This document shows, piece by piece, positions 1 through 11,159 of a stretch of 64,000 nucleotides of DNA (position 1 is the stretch's first letter; every line of letters starts with the position of its first letter). Made by a program: the position numbers and the translations under genes. Source of the DNA: an uncultured Spirochaetota bacterium (GTDB lineage: Bacteria; Spirochaetota; Brevinematia; Brevinematales; JAOACQ01); contig CAWIGG010000004.1 of the NCBI GenBank assembly GCA_963835575.1, positions 448,001 through 512,000 of the forward strand, given 5' to 3'. The notes under the pieces were generated by a model. It did no database searches and had not been told where the DNA came from. It saw only the letters and a list, made by a program, of their open reading frames with translations.

Positions 1-2578
1 CGAATAACTCTTTTTCACATCTTTTATATGACATTATCAAGGGAATCGTAATATTCACCGCATAATCGACAAGCGCTTTCTCTTGTTCGTTTAAATCAAA
101 ACTGTTTAATATTTCATCATTCAGGCTATCGATGAGTTTTTTCTTTTCATCTTCCAGAGTCTGGACATTGGGATTTAACGGTTTTTGCTTTTCCAGGAAG
201 AGCTTTTGGCTGATAGCCTCAATTTCTTCTACATATTTAGATACTTCTGTATTATCTATGTATGGAAATCCCAGTTTTTCTTCATCGTGTGCCCTACCTC
301 TATCTATACCAGCGATAGAATCATTTATCATATAGTATGCAAACAAATCTGAATTTAATAAACCGCACAGCATTCTTAAGGTTTCAATATTTCCTTTTAT
401 TCCTGTTAATGAATGTTGATACATCGCATCTTTATACAATATAGCGGATATTGCTTTAAACTTTCTTAAACCATGTTTTATTAAAAGAACCGGGGCTTTA
501 AATAATTCTTTATTCCTTTCCCTCGTAACTTTTTCTTCTGCCCATTTTAATGAGGCATATACATTAAATTGATCTATATCATTTTTGTGGTCAACCAAAG
601 GTTTTCCAATTAAATGTTCAGTATTGTATCTTTTATTTTTATCACCAATAATAATTCCCTGTCCTAATAACAACTTATCTTTTTTAATCTTTTCAGCAAT
701 TGTTATATAATCATTTTTTAATCTTCTAATAAAATTAAAATCTTGATATGATCCCCAAATCAGAATTTTCCATAGCCAATCATTCTCTTTTAAACGCGAC
801 TGAACAATTTCTTTGTAATCAGTTTTTTGAATTGTAAATATTTTGAATAAAGAAAAAAAGCGGTTTGGTTTAATTACAATATGTTCAACAATATTTTTGT
901 CTGTTTTATTGTCATAAGAAAATCTATAAAATAAAACAACAGCCGGGGTATTTGCGGATTGAAACACTTCTTCACCCACGGGAGCTAATTCAAAAATCTT
1001 ATCAATAAAATAATTATGCAAAAAATATTTTCTAAAATCTTTGGCATTCAAATTATATAAGGTTTTACTGGTAGCAATCAGGGCGCATCTGGTTTGAGCA
1101 GAGGAAAAATCGCTTGTCCTCAGCAAAAATGCCTGCGCGATTTCCTTATTGCTGATGGTTAGTTGAGGTTTCCCATCAGATTTGCTCAATTCTTTTTTCT
1201 TTCTTTCTTCAATATACTTCAAAAATAAGGCTTTCTTATCACTCCCGCGCTTCCATGGCGGATTACCGAGAATAAAGTTAAAATTGATTTTCTTAATAAT
1301 ACTATTAAAATCATTCTCCAAGTTAAAAAAATCACTTGTAAAATAATTTTTATTTGTCAGTGTAGGAAATTTGAAGTTTTCTATCTTCTTAGGGTCTTTA
1401 ACATAATCAAGTAAAGTAAGATATGTAGAAAACATAGCGACATTGATCGCATCTCGATCCTGATCTATGCCATAGATATTCTCTTCCGCTATTTTTTTTA
1501 ATATCGCTTCATCGGTGGAAGTTATTTGTTTAATTTCCCGATAGCGTTCTATCATTCTTCTTAACGCCTGTACTAAAAATATACCTGACCCGCAGGCGGG
1601 ATCGAGCACCCTGCAATTATATTCTTCAGGATTTGCATCAAAGTGTTTTTCTACTGTCTCTTTTATTATATAATCAACTAAAAACACAGGTGTATAATAA
1701 GCGCCTTTTTTTGCCTGATTCTCGCTTCCGATAAAGTGTTCATACACATTGCTGATGAATTCAACCGGAATGATCGAAAAATCATAAACATCAAATAAGT
1801 TCATTTGGCCGCTTGACATATCAGTTCCCCGCATAAGATCACTTAAAATTTCGAATGCACCTTCAGGAACGCTGTTTAATTGGTCTTCATTTAAAAGAAA
1901 GGCTTCTCCGTTAAATTGCTTTGTAAGATACTTCAAAAAATCAATAGTTTTATTTTTATCTTTCAAAAGCCCGCAGAAATCAGCATTTGTCCATTCTCCT
2001 GATTTATTATCAAACTTGATGTTTACTCTGCGGTCTATCAAATAACGGATGAATATACATTTCCCAATCAGGGCATTAGACACAGAGCTATCAGGGACGT
2101 GTTCCTTAATTAGCAAATCTCTTGCGGCTCTTATATTTTCCAGAAGTTTATAATCAACCCTGTTCTGGTATTTGAGTTTGTTTTCATAAGTTTGCCAAGT
2201 TTTTCCTGTAACCAGTTCAAAATAGGAAAAATCATTAAGTCTGCTCTCATTTTCAAGTTTATCAAGGGTCTCTTTTTCTTTTAAATATGAAAGTCCATTA
2301 AATATCTCTACGGAAGCCGGTTCATTAATAATAACAACAGGGGACTCATTGAAATTCCAGACAGCCTTGAACAGCTCTTTTTTATTTTGAGGAGAATTAT
2401 AAAACAACACTAATGGTTTATTATCGATGCAAAAGAAAGCTTCCGGTTTTAATTTATCGGTAAGCAGCCATTTAATCCTTTCGGGTAGTATCTCTTTCCA
2501 ATTATTTTCGGCAGTCAGATACAAGCCATTTTGTTTATTCATACCAAGACGATCAAATATCGCCTCTAAATTTTTCAT
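1..2578 (-). CDS. Type IIG/Eco57I-like restriction-modification enzyme (N6-adenine methyltransferase), 3' end beyond the window
   Basis: Missing from the ORF track, presumably because it runs off the edge. Manual translation from ATG 2578 gives MKNLEAIFDRLG... with GAYYTP, motif I VLDPACGSGIFL and motif IV ILGNPPW. Starts 3 bp after the mod stop. AT-rich. Confidence 0.85.
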   Translation of the reverse strand, partial: MKNLEAIFDRLGMNKQNGLYLTAENNWKEILPERIKWLLTDKLKPEAFFCIDNKPLVLFYNSPQNKKELFKAVWNFNESPVVIINEPASVEIFNGLSYLKEKETLDKLENESRLNDFSYFELVTGKTWQTYENKLKYQNRVDYKLLENIRAARDLLIKEHVPDSSVSNALIGKCIFIRYLIDRRVNIKFDNKSGEWTNADFCGLLKDKNKTIDFLKYLTKQFNGEAFLLNEDQLNSVPEGAFEILSDLMRGTDMSSGQMNLFDVYDFSIIPVEFISNVYEHFIGSENQAKKGAYYTPVFLVDYIIKETVEKHFDANPEEYNCRVLDPACGSGIFLVQALRRMIERYREIKQITSTDEAILKKIAEENIYGIDQDRDAINVAMFSTYLTLLDYVKDPKKIENFKFPTLTNKNYFTSDFFNLENDFNSIIKKINFNFILGNPPWKRGSDKKALFLKYIEERKKKELSKSDGKPQLTISNKEIAQAFLLRTSDFSSAQTRCALIATSKTLYNLNAKDFRKYFLHNYFIDKIFELAPVGEEVFQSANTPAVVLFYRFSYDNKTDKNIVEHIVIKPNRFFSLFKIFTIQKTDYKEIVQSRLKENDWLWKILIWGSYQDFNFIRRLKNDYITIAEKIKKDKLLLGQGIIIGDKNKRYNTEHLIGKPLVDHKNDIDQFNVYASLKWAEEKVTRERNKELFKAPVLLIKHGLRKFKAISAILYKDAMYQHSLTGIKGNIETLRMLCGLLNSDLFAYYMINDSIAGIDRGRAHDEEKLGFPYIDNTEVSKYVEEIEAISQKLFLEKQKPLNPNVQTLEDEKKKLIDSLNDEILNSFDLNEQEKALVDYAVNITIPLIMSYKRCEKELF

Positions 2579-2581
2579 ACT

Positions 2582-4507
2582 TCACACCGCCTTAAACTCT
2601 ATCTCCGCGTCCTTCATCCGGAGCGCGGTATTGGTTTTTAACCGGTCATTCTTTTTAAACAGCCTGTCAAGGGTAATTGCTTTTTTAGGTTTTTTGTCTA
2701 TAACTTCTTTAATGATTTTATCATCAACCTTTTCGAGGATCAAAGCCATCTCACCATCATTTACCAGAACATAACCGCTCTTTTCCTCAATCTTTGCCGT
2801 AAGCGGAACGCCGGACTTCAATAAAAGCTCATACAGAATGTCTCCGGTTTTAGCATTTTCGTCCAGCGGTTCAAGGTGCTCTTGAAGCTGGTTAGCAAGC
2901 TCTTCCTCGGTTTCTATTTTCGTTCGCCAGATTTTAAAGTTGGATTCCTGAAGTTTAAAAACCTTAAAGCCCAAATCTTGTTTTTGATTGCTTTCCAGAT
3001 CAAGCTTTCCTTCCTGCTCTTCTTTGATTTTCTTGATTACCCGGCGGATTCGTTCTTTACCAATTTCCGCGATGGTTTTGAAGCCCGCTTTATAAGCTTC
3101 CATCTTTTTATCACATCTTTCAGGGAGCTGGACACAAATAAACTTACTGTTGCCACCGCCTTCCATGTTCAGATCTAGGACAGCGTGTGCGGTCGTGCAG
3201 GAGCCAGCGAAGAAGTCGAGAATTATGTCTGAGTTTGTGGTAGTAGATAAAGTTAGACAACGGTTTACTAATCCGATTGGTTTCGGCTTTGGAAAAATTT
3301 CTTTAGCAAAACCGAGCTCAATAAATTGCTCACTTCCTCTTTCACTGTTAACATCTTTATAATTCCATACCGAAATGGGTTTGAGTAAATCTCTATTTTC
3401 CAAATAATCCTTTTCAAAGACACCCCAAATTTTTCTATTTGGCATGTAATGACATAATAACTTGTTTAAATTTTCTTTCGCTGTGTCAAATCCCCATCGC
3501 CATCTCCCCAATTTACCATCTTCTCTAATTGGAATTATCTCAATTAAATCGGCAATATTTAATTGTTGCTTGGAAACCCGAATTTCTAAATTCTCTTTAC
3601 CATAATAGAAATAATAAAACATATCAGGTCTGTCTTCTTTGAGGTCTGCATCACCTGTTTTTCTTAAATCTATTTCTCTATATTTTCCCAAATCATCTTC
3701 TTTGTTATATCTTACAATTACTTTGTTCTCTGGTTCAAAGCCTAACCAAAAAGCATTAGGCCTATTCTTTGAATAAATCAGTAAGTATTCATGAGCTGTT
3801 GCGATATATTTATCATCCGATCTTCCTTTAGGGTTATTTACATTTGCAATTTTCCCTATATAATTTTCCTCTCCAAATACCTCATTCATCAAAAGCCTTA
3901 AATTATGTGCCTCATTATCATCAATACTGACAAAAATCACGCCGTCGTCGCGGAGTAGATTCCTCGCCAGAAACAGTCGCGGGTACATCATGGAAAGCCA
4001 ATTGGAGTGGTAATGCCCGTTGTCTTTGCTGTTTTTTCTGAAAAGACCCTCACGGGTCATCAACCCGGTTTCATCTTTGTCGCCGATCCTGCTGAGATAT
4101 TCTTCTTTTGATTCAGCAAATTTATCGGGATAGATAAAATTGTCACTTCCCGTATTATACGGCGGGTCGATATAGATCATCTTTATCTTACTGAAATAGG
4201 ATTTCTGAAGAACTTTTAAAACTTCAAGGTTTTCACCTTCAATAAAGATGTTACCGGTTGTGTCGAAATTGACGGATTCTTCATTGCATGGAACAAGAGT
4301 AGCGGTGGAAGGGGTTTGAAGTGCCCGGAACGCGTCGGATTTTCCCGCCCAGTTCAGCACATAACGCTCGTTTTTAAATTCAATATCCTCACCCAGTGCG
4401 GCTTTCAGCTTTTCCCAGTCTATTTTATTTTCAGAAAACGCTTCGGGGATGATTTCTTTAAGCCTGGAAAGCTTTTCTTCGGCTATGTTCAACGATTTTC
4501 CATCCAT
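2582..4507 (-). CDS. mod: Type III restriction-modification methyltransferase (Mod)
   Basis: IEGENLEVLK, IYIDPPYNTG (motif IV), WLSMMYPRL, ISIDDNE-like, DFFAGSCTTAHA (motif I) and the typical Mod C-terminus GFKVFKLQESNF. Confidence 0.93.
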   Translation of the reverse strand: MDGKSLNIAEEKLSRLKEIIPEAFSENKIDWEKLKAALGEDIEFKNERYVLNWAGKSDAFRALQTPSTATLVPCNEESVNFDTTGNIFIEGENLEVLKVLQKSYFSKIKMIYIDPPYNTGSDNFIYPDKFAESKEEYLSRIGDKDETGLMTREGLFRKNSKDNGHYHSNWLSMMYPRLFLARNLLRDDGVIFVSIDDNEAHNLRLLMNEVFGEENYIGKIANVNNPKGRSDDKYIATAHEYLLIYSKNRPNAFWLGFEPENKVIVRYNKEDDLGKYREIDLRKTGDADLKEDRPDMFYYFYYGKENLEIRVSKQQLNIADLIEIIPIREDGKLGRWRWGFDTAKENLNKLLCHYMPNRKIWGVFEKDYLENRDLLKPISVWNYKDVNSERGSEQFIELGFAKEIFPKPKPIGLVNRCLTLSTTTNSDIILDFFAGSCTTAHAVLDLNMEGGGNSKFICVQLPERCDKKMEAYKAGFKTIAEIGKERIRRVIKKIKEEQEGKLDLESNQKQDLGFKVFKLQESNFKIWRTKIETEEELANQLQEHLEPLDENAKTGDILYELLLKSGVPLTAKIEEKSGYVLVNDGEMALILEKVDDKIIKEVIDKKPKKAITLDRLFKKNDRLKTNTALRMKDAEIEFKAV

Positions 4508-4774
4508 TATTCCCCTCTCGCCCGTATTCTAATTGTTTGTTCTTTAATGAATAAGTTTTTGAATTGCTTAAAATAAATAATCTATGTATCATTATAAATT
4601 CACATGAAATCTTTTGCAATTAGAAAACCTGTCATTTAAAACTATATTTTTTCTTCATGTCTGAGTTCGTTCCCGAGGCCATTTTCCATGAACCATAATA
4701 AGAACATAGAATAACTCAGTGCCAAGTTGTGTCATCCGCTATAATAATAGAAGAACGGAAGCACATATTTGCGG

Positions 4775-6799
<2,025 letters not shown>

Positions 6800-6952
6800 C
6801 AGGGATGCCGCAACCGACGCATAAAGCTATGGACAGCGTAATAAGGAGGCTATTATAATGAGGGACCGTTTTTAAACAACCGGATGACACACATCCATCC
6901 AATCCGACCGCTTCGTATGAAAATGGCCTCGACCTGTTTTCTTTCTTTAGCG

Positions 6953-6988
6953 CGATATTTCTTTCTTTTCGAAAAGAAAGAAATATCG
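6953..6988. repeat. Perfect 36-bp palindrome
   Basis: CGATATTTCTTTCTTTTC|GAAAAGAAAGAAATATCG. Confidence 0.9.
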
Positions 6989-7161
6989 TAAACCCCCGAC
7001 TGCCAGTCGTGACAAAAACCCCGGTTATTGTAGCCAGCCATACTTTCCGCCGTTTGTAAACGGCAAAAAAATAAAAATCTTGCATCATTCCGCAATAATG
7101 TTTATATTTATTAGAATTGTATTTTTTACTCCGCATTTGAACTGTAAAAAGGAGGAAATTT

Positions 7162-8139
7162 ATGAAAAAAAGAAAATTAGGGTATACCGATCTCGATCTC
7201 ACCGTCATCGGACTGGGGACATGGGCGATCGGCGGGGGAGGCTGGCAGTACGCCTGGGGCCCGCAGGACGATGAGCTTTCCATACAGACGATCCATAAAG
7301 CGATGGACCTTGGCATCAACTGGATCGACACGGCCGCTGTTTACGGCCTGGGGCATTCTGAGGAGATCGTCGGAAAAGCGATAAAAGGAATGAAGGGAAG
7401 ACCTATCATCGCCACGAAATGCGAACGCACCTGGGACAAGGCAGGGAATATCGGCGGCACATTAAAGAAAGAAAGTATTAAGATGGAAGCCGAGGCGAGC
7501 CTTAAGCGTCTTGGAGTTGATGTGATCGACCTGTACCAGATCCACTGGCCTCAGCCGGATCCGGACATCGAGGAAGGATGGGGAGCCATTGCAGAGCTGA
7601 TCAGTGAGGGAAAGGTGCGTTACGGCGGAGTTTCCAATTTCAGTGCAAAGCAGATCGATAGGATAAAAGGCATTCATCCCGTCGCGTCGCTTCAGCCGCC
7701 CTACAGTATGATTGTAAGGGATATCGAAAAGGACCTCCTCGGCTACTGCTATGATAACCGTATCGGGGTTATATGCTACAGCCCGATGTATAAGGGGCTA
7801 TTGACAGGCGCCTTTACACGGCTGAGGGCGGAAGGCCTTCCGAAGGATGACCACCGGCGCGGCGACTCCCATTTTCAGGAGCCTGAGCTTGATATCAATA
7901 TGAAGTTTGTTGAAAAGCTCGCCGCTGTCGCCGCAAGAAAAGGAAAGACCGTATCGCAGCTGGCCATAGCTTGGACATTACGCCGGCCTGAACTGACCGC
8001 CGCCATCGTCGGCGCAAGAAAGCCCTCTCAGATCGAGGAGACATACGCCGCCGGCGGCTGGGAGCTAGACAGCGGCATTATCGGCGAGATCGATGAGCTT
8101 TTGAACGAGAGGGAGAATGAAATCAAGGCATTAGGTTGA
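7162..8139 (+). CDS. Aldo/keto reductase
   Basis: GLGTWAIGG, IDTAAVYG, IATK, DLYQIHWP, GVSNF, YSPM. RBS AGGAGG. Confidence 0.93.
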   Translation: MKKRKLGYTDLDLTVIGLGTWAIGGGGWQYAWGPQDDELSIQTIHKAMDLGINWIDTAAVYGLGHSEEIVGKAIKGMKGRPIIATKCERTWDKAGNIGGTLKKESIKMEAEASLKRLGVDVIDLYQIHWPQPDPDIEEGWGAIAELISEGKVRYGGVSNFSAKQIDRIKGIHPVASLQPPYSMIVRDIEKDLLGYCYDNRIGVICYSPMYKGLLTGAFTRLRAEGLPKDDHRRGDSHFQEPELDINMKFVEKLAAVAARKGKTVSQLAIAWTLRRPELTAAIVGARKPSQIEETYAAGGWELDSGIIGEIDELLNERENEIKALG

Positions 8140-8231
8140 TTATAAAAAAAGAGCCGAATATCCAATCTTCAATTGAAAACTTATGGAATTGTTAATGTGA
8201 TCTTCGCGCCTTCGCTTCTTACTGATAAAAA

Positions 8232-9368
8232 TTAAACCATGCTTTTTATAGCCTCAACAACCTTTGTCATCTCCTCTTCCGTATTAAAATATCCCGGACT
8301 AAGACGCACTGTTCCCGCCGGGAAAGTGCCGAGGATTTTATGCATCGTGGGGGCGCATTGGAGGCCGGGCCGGACGGCGGTGTCGAACTCGCTGTCTAAT
8401 ATGGCGGCAGCTTCCGTTGGTGAGAGCCCTTCAATATTCAAGCTGACAATCCCCAGGCCTGTATTTATATTTTCAGAAGTGTATAGCTTGACTTGATTGA
8501 TTGATTTTAAGCCGTCAATGAGGATATTCTTCAATTTTCTTTCCTTCGCGAGGATATTATCCATCCCTGTCTGATTGATAAAGTCCAGTCCGGCCCCCAG
8601 GCCGATAATGCCGGGCAGGTTTTCCGTACCGGCCTCAAGAAGGTAAGGAAGCTCCTCGGGCTGGAAATCGCTTTCCGATTCCAGACCGCTTCCGCCGACG
8701 CGGTAGGGCTTAATGTCCGTTCTTTCGGACAGGACAAGCCCGCCGACGCCCATAGGCCCGTACAGGGCTTTATGCCCGGTAAAGGCGAGCAGATCGATCC
8801 GCATGGCTTTCATATCTATGGGAAGAATGCCCGCCGTCTGCGCGGCGTCGAGGAGGAAATAGGCTTTAGAATTCTCCCTGACGATTTTGCCTATATCCGC
8901 CGAATTTTGTATCCAGCCGGTGACGTTCGAGGCATGGTTCAGCGCGACGATTTTAGTTTTTGAGGTCAGATACTTTTTTATCTCATTGGGGTTGATTTGT
9001 TCTCCCTGCGGTTTGACGCGGATGATTTTTATGTTTCTTTCCCCGGCCAGGTGGTTCAGCGGGCGGGAGACTGAATTATGGTCAAGAACGGAAGCGATTA
9101 CTTCGTCGCCCGGCACAAGAAGACCGAGGAAGGACATATTCAGGGCATCCGTTGCATTGAGCGTAAAAATGACGCGTTCAGTTTTTTCCGCATGAAAAAA
9201 TTCACTGAGTTTAAAACGGACGTTTTCGACAGCCTGCGAGGCGGCGAGGGAAAGCTTATGTCCGGAGCGGCCGGGGTTCGCGCCGGTTTTTCTATAGAAT
9301 TCGTCCATTTTTTTATAGACGTCTTCCGGTTTTGGAAAGCTCGTGGCTGCGTTGTCGAGATAGATCAT
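8232..9368 (-). CDS. Cysteine desulfurase family PLP enzyme (aminotransferase class V)
   Basis: IYLDNAATS, HNSV, HASNVTG, DAAQ, TGHK (PLP lysine), RPGLQCAP. Confidence 0.9.
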   Translation of the reverse strand: MIYLDNAATSFPKPEDVYKKMDEFYRKTGANPGRSGHKLSLAASQAVENVRFKLSEFFHAEKTERVIFTLNATDALNMSFLGLLVPGDEVIASVLDHNSVSRPLNHLAGERNIKIIRVKPQGEQINPNEIKKYLTSKTKIVALNHASNVTGWIQNSADIGKIVRENSKAYFLLDAAQTAGILPIDMKAMRIDLLAFTGHKALYGPMGVGGLVLSERTDIKPYRVGGSGLESESDFQPEELPYLLEAGTENLPGIIGLGAGLDFINQTGMDNILAKERKLKNILIDGLKSINQVKLYTSENINTGLGIVSLNIEGLSPTEAAAILDSEFDTAVRPGLQCAPTMHKILGTFPAGTVRLSPGYFNTEEEMTKVVEAIKSMV

Positions 9369-9884
9369 AAGCGCTCCTTTTAAGTATTGATTTTAGCTTT
9401 ATATGGGGCATTAATCAAATATTTTATAATTATTGCCGGTAAGTCCTAAGAATGATTAAAAATATCTTGAATAGGAAAAACATACTGAATAATTTTCTTG
9501 GTAATAGAATGGGTGTAAATCCTTTCAATGGTACTTTTTTTATGTTATAATGAGTATAAATGCATCTTTTTAATGTAATTTAGACTTATATAGGTGGTTT
9601 TTGCGGTCTTTTTTAGTCTATGACTGATGGGAAAAATACAAAGGGTTTCATTGGATCGGAATTGCATGTCTTTTCTAACGCGTTCCTTTGATTCAAAACA
9701 ATATCGTATCGTCATAGGAGAAATAATTGTTTAATAAAACCGCTGTTTTAAGGAATGTTGACCTGTCGAATCAGAATTAGTGATGAATGGCTTTAATATT
9801 AAAATATATCTGCAGGAAAAAAAGTTTCAATTGATTTTAATATAATATTGATATTGATATGTTATAATAAAAAGATAATACAGA

Positions 9885-11159
9885 ATGGATGGGAATGTTA
9901 TGCCGATTATAGGTTTATTGTTTGCATTGACACTGAATGTTTCCGCGGTAACGAATACGGTGCAGTTGACTCTTAAAGATTGTTTTCTGAAAGCGGTGCG
10001 GAAGAGCTATGTCCTGGCAAACCAAGGGGAAACGCTCAAACAGGCCGAAGAGCATTACCAGCAGGCCTGGCAGAATTTTCTGCCGTTATTATCTATCAGC
10101 GGGAACGAATATGCTGGAAACACTTTTGCTCCGATGTCGGCGCAGACGAATGCGGGATCTCTCAGGCTGACGCTTTCCCAACCGCTATTCCGTGGTTTTA
10201 GAAGTATATCGATACTGGAACAGTCGAAAGATTTGATGCAGGCGCAGAATAGCGCCAGGGAATGGGCTTATAACCAGTTATATCTGGATACCGCGCAGGT
10301 TTTTTATAATCTTGTCAATATCCGAAAACAGCTGGAGCATCTTCAGAACCAGGTCCAGCTTTATAATCAGCGTATCAAGGAAATCGATGCCTGGGTAAGG
10401 ATCGGCAGAAGCCGTGCCAGCGATCTCTCAAGCGTTAAAGCTGCCCGTGCGCTTTCTTATTCCCAGCAGGTCCAGATGGAAGGTCAGCTCTCAAATGCAC
10501 AGGAATTGTTTCAATTTTTGACAGATATCACCAACAGCGTAACGCTGGTTTCGGAAACGAATTTACCGGATAATACGCCGGACTTAAGCCGGTTTCTGGA
10601 AAATCTGGATGAACGTCCCGATCTGAAAGCGGCTAAATACCAGACATTCAGCGCACATAAGGCAATAGATATCGCGAACAGCGACCGCCTTCCCTGGGCC
10701 GATCTGGGATTGTCTACGGGCAATTCTCAATTGTGGAACAATTCTCCCTGGAATTGGAATATTCAACTTACTCTTACATACAGCCTTTTTGCCGATACTT
10801 TTGTCCAATCGAAAATCCGCGAGGCGGAATCAATCTCCAGGCAGTCGGACGATGTATACCAGCTTTTGTCTGAGGGCATCCGCAGGGATATCCGAGTTTC
10901 TTACGCTGCGTTCATGTCCTATCTCGAGCAGATCAAGAGCTACCGGGAAGCCATTAAATATCTTGAGGACAACTACCGGCTTATGGAACGGGATTACCGG
11001 CTGGGCGCCGTAAAGATCACGGATGTTCTCACTGCTTACAGCTCATATGAAGATTCTGTCCGTAATCTGGACGCTCTTATATTTTCGGCCCAACTGGAAT
11101 GGCTTCAGCTCTGTGTTTATGCCGGCCAGTTTTCGCTGCCTGCGGAGGTAAAATTATGA
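9885..11159 (+). CDS. TolC-family outer membrane efflux protein
   Basis: Signal peptide and two OEP-like repeats (LSQPLF, RPDLKAA, YRLG...DVL). Overlaps the RND start codon (ATGA). True start may be 9900. Confidence 0.85.
   Translation: MDGNVMPIIGLLFALTLNVSAVTNTVQLTLKDCFLKAVRKSYVLANQGETLKQAEEHYQQAWQNFLPLLSISGNEYAGNTFAPMSAQTNAGSLRLTLSQPLFRGFRSISILEQSKDLMQAQNSAREWAYNQLYLDTAQVFYNLVNIRKQLEHLQNQVQLYNQRIKEIDAWVRIGRSRASDLSSVKAARALSYSQQVQMEGQLSNAQELFQFLTDITNSVTLVSETNLPDNTPDLSRFLENLDERPDLKAAKYQTFSAHKAIDIANSDRLPWADLGLSTGNSQLWNNSPWNWNIQLTLTYSLFADTFVQSKIREAESISRQSDDVYQLLSEGIRRDIRVSYAAFMSYLEQIKSYREAIKYLEDNYRLMERDYRLGAVKITDVLTAYSSYEDSVRNLDALIFSAQLEWLQLCVYAGQFSLPAEVKL

Noticed and set aside
2582..4507. Phase-variable mod (phasevarion)
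   Set aside because: No simple-sequence repeat tract seen in the gene or upstream region.
9385..9884. 500-bp intergenic region as a riboswitch or ncRNA
   Set aside because: AT-rich divergent promoter region with several TATAAT-like boxes; no recognisable RNA motif.
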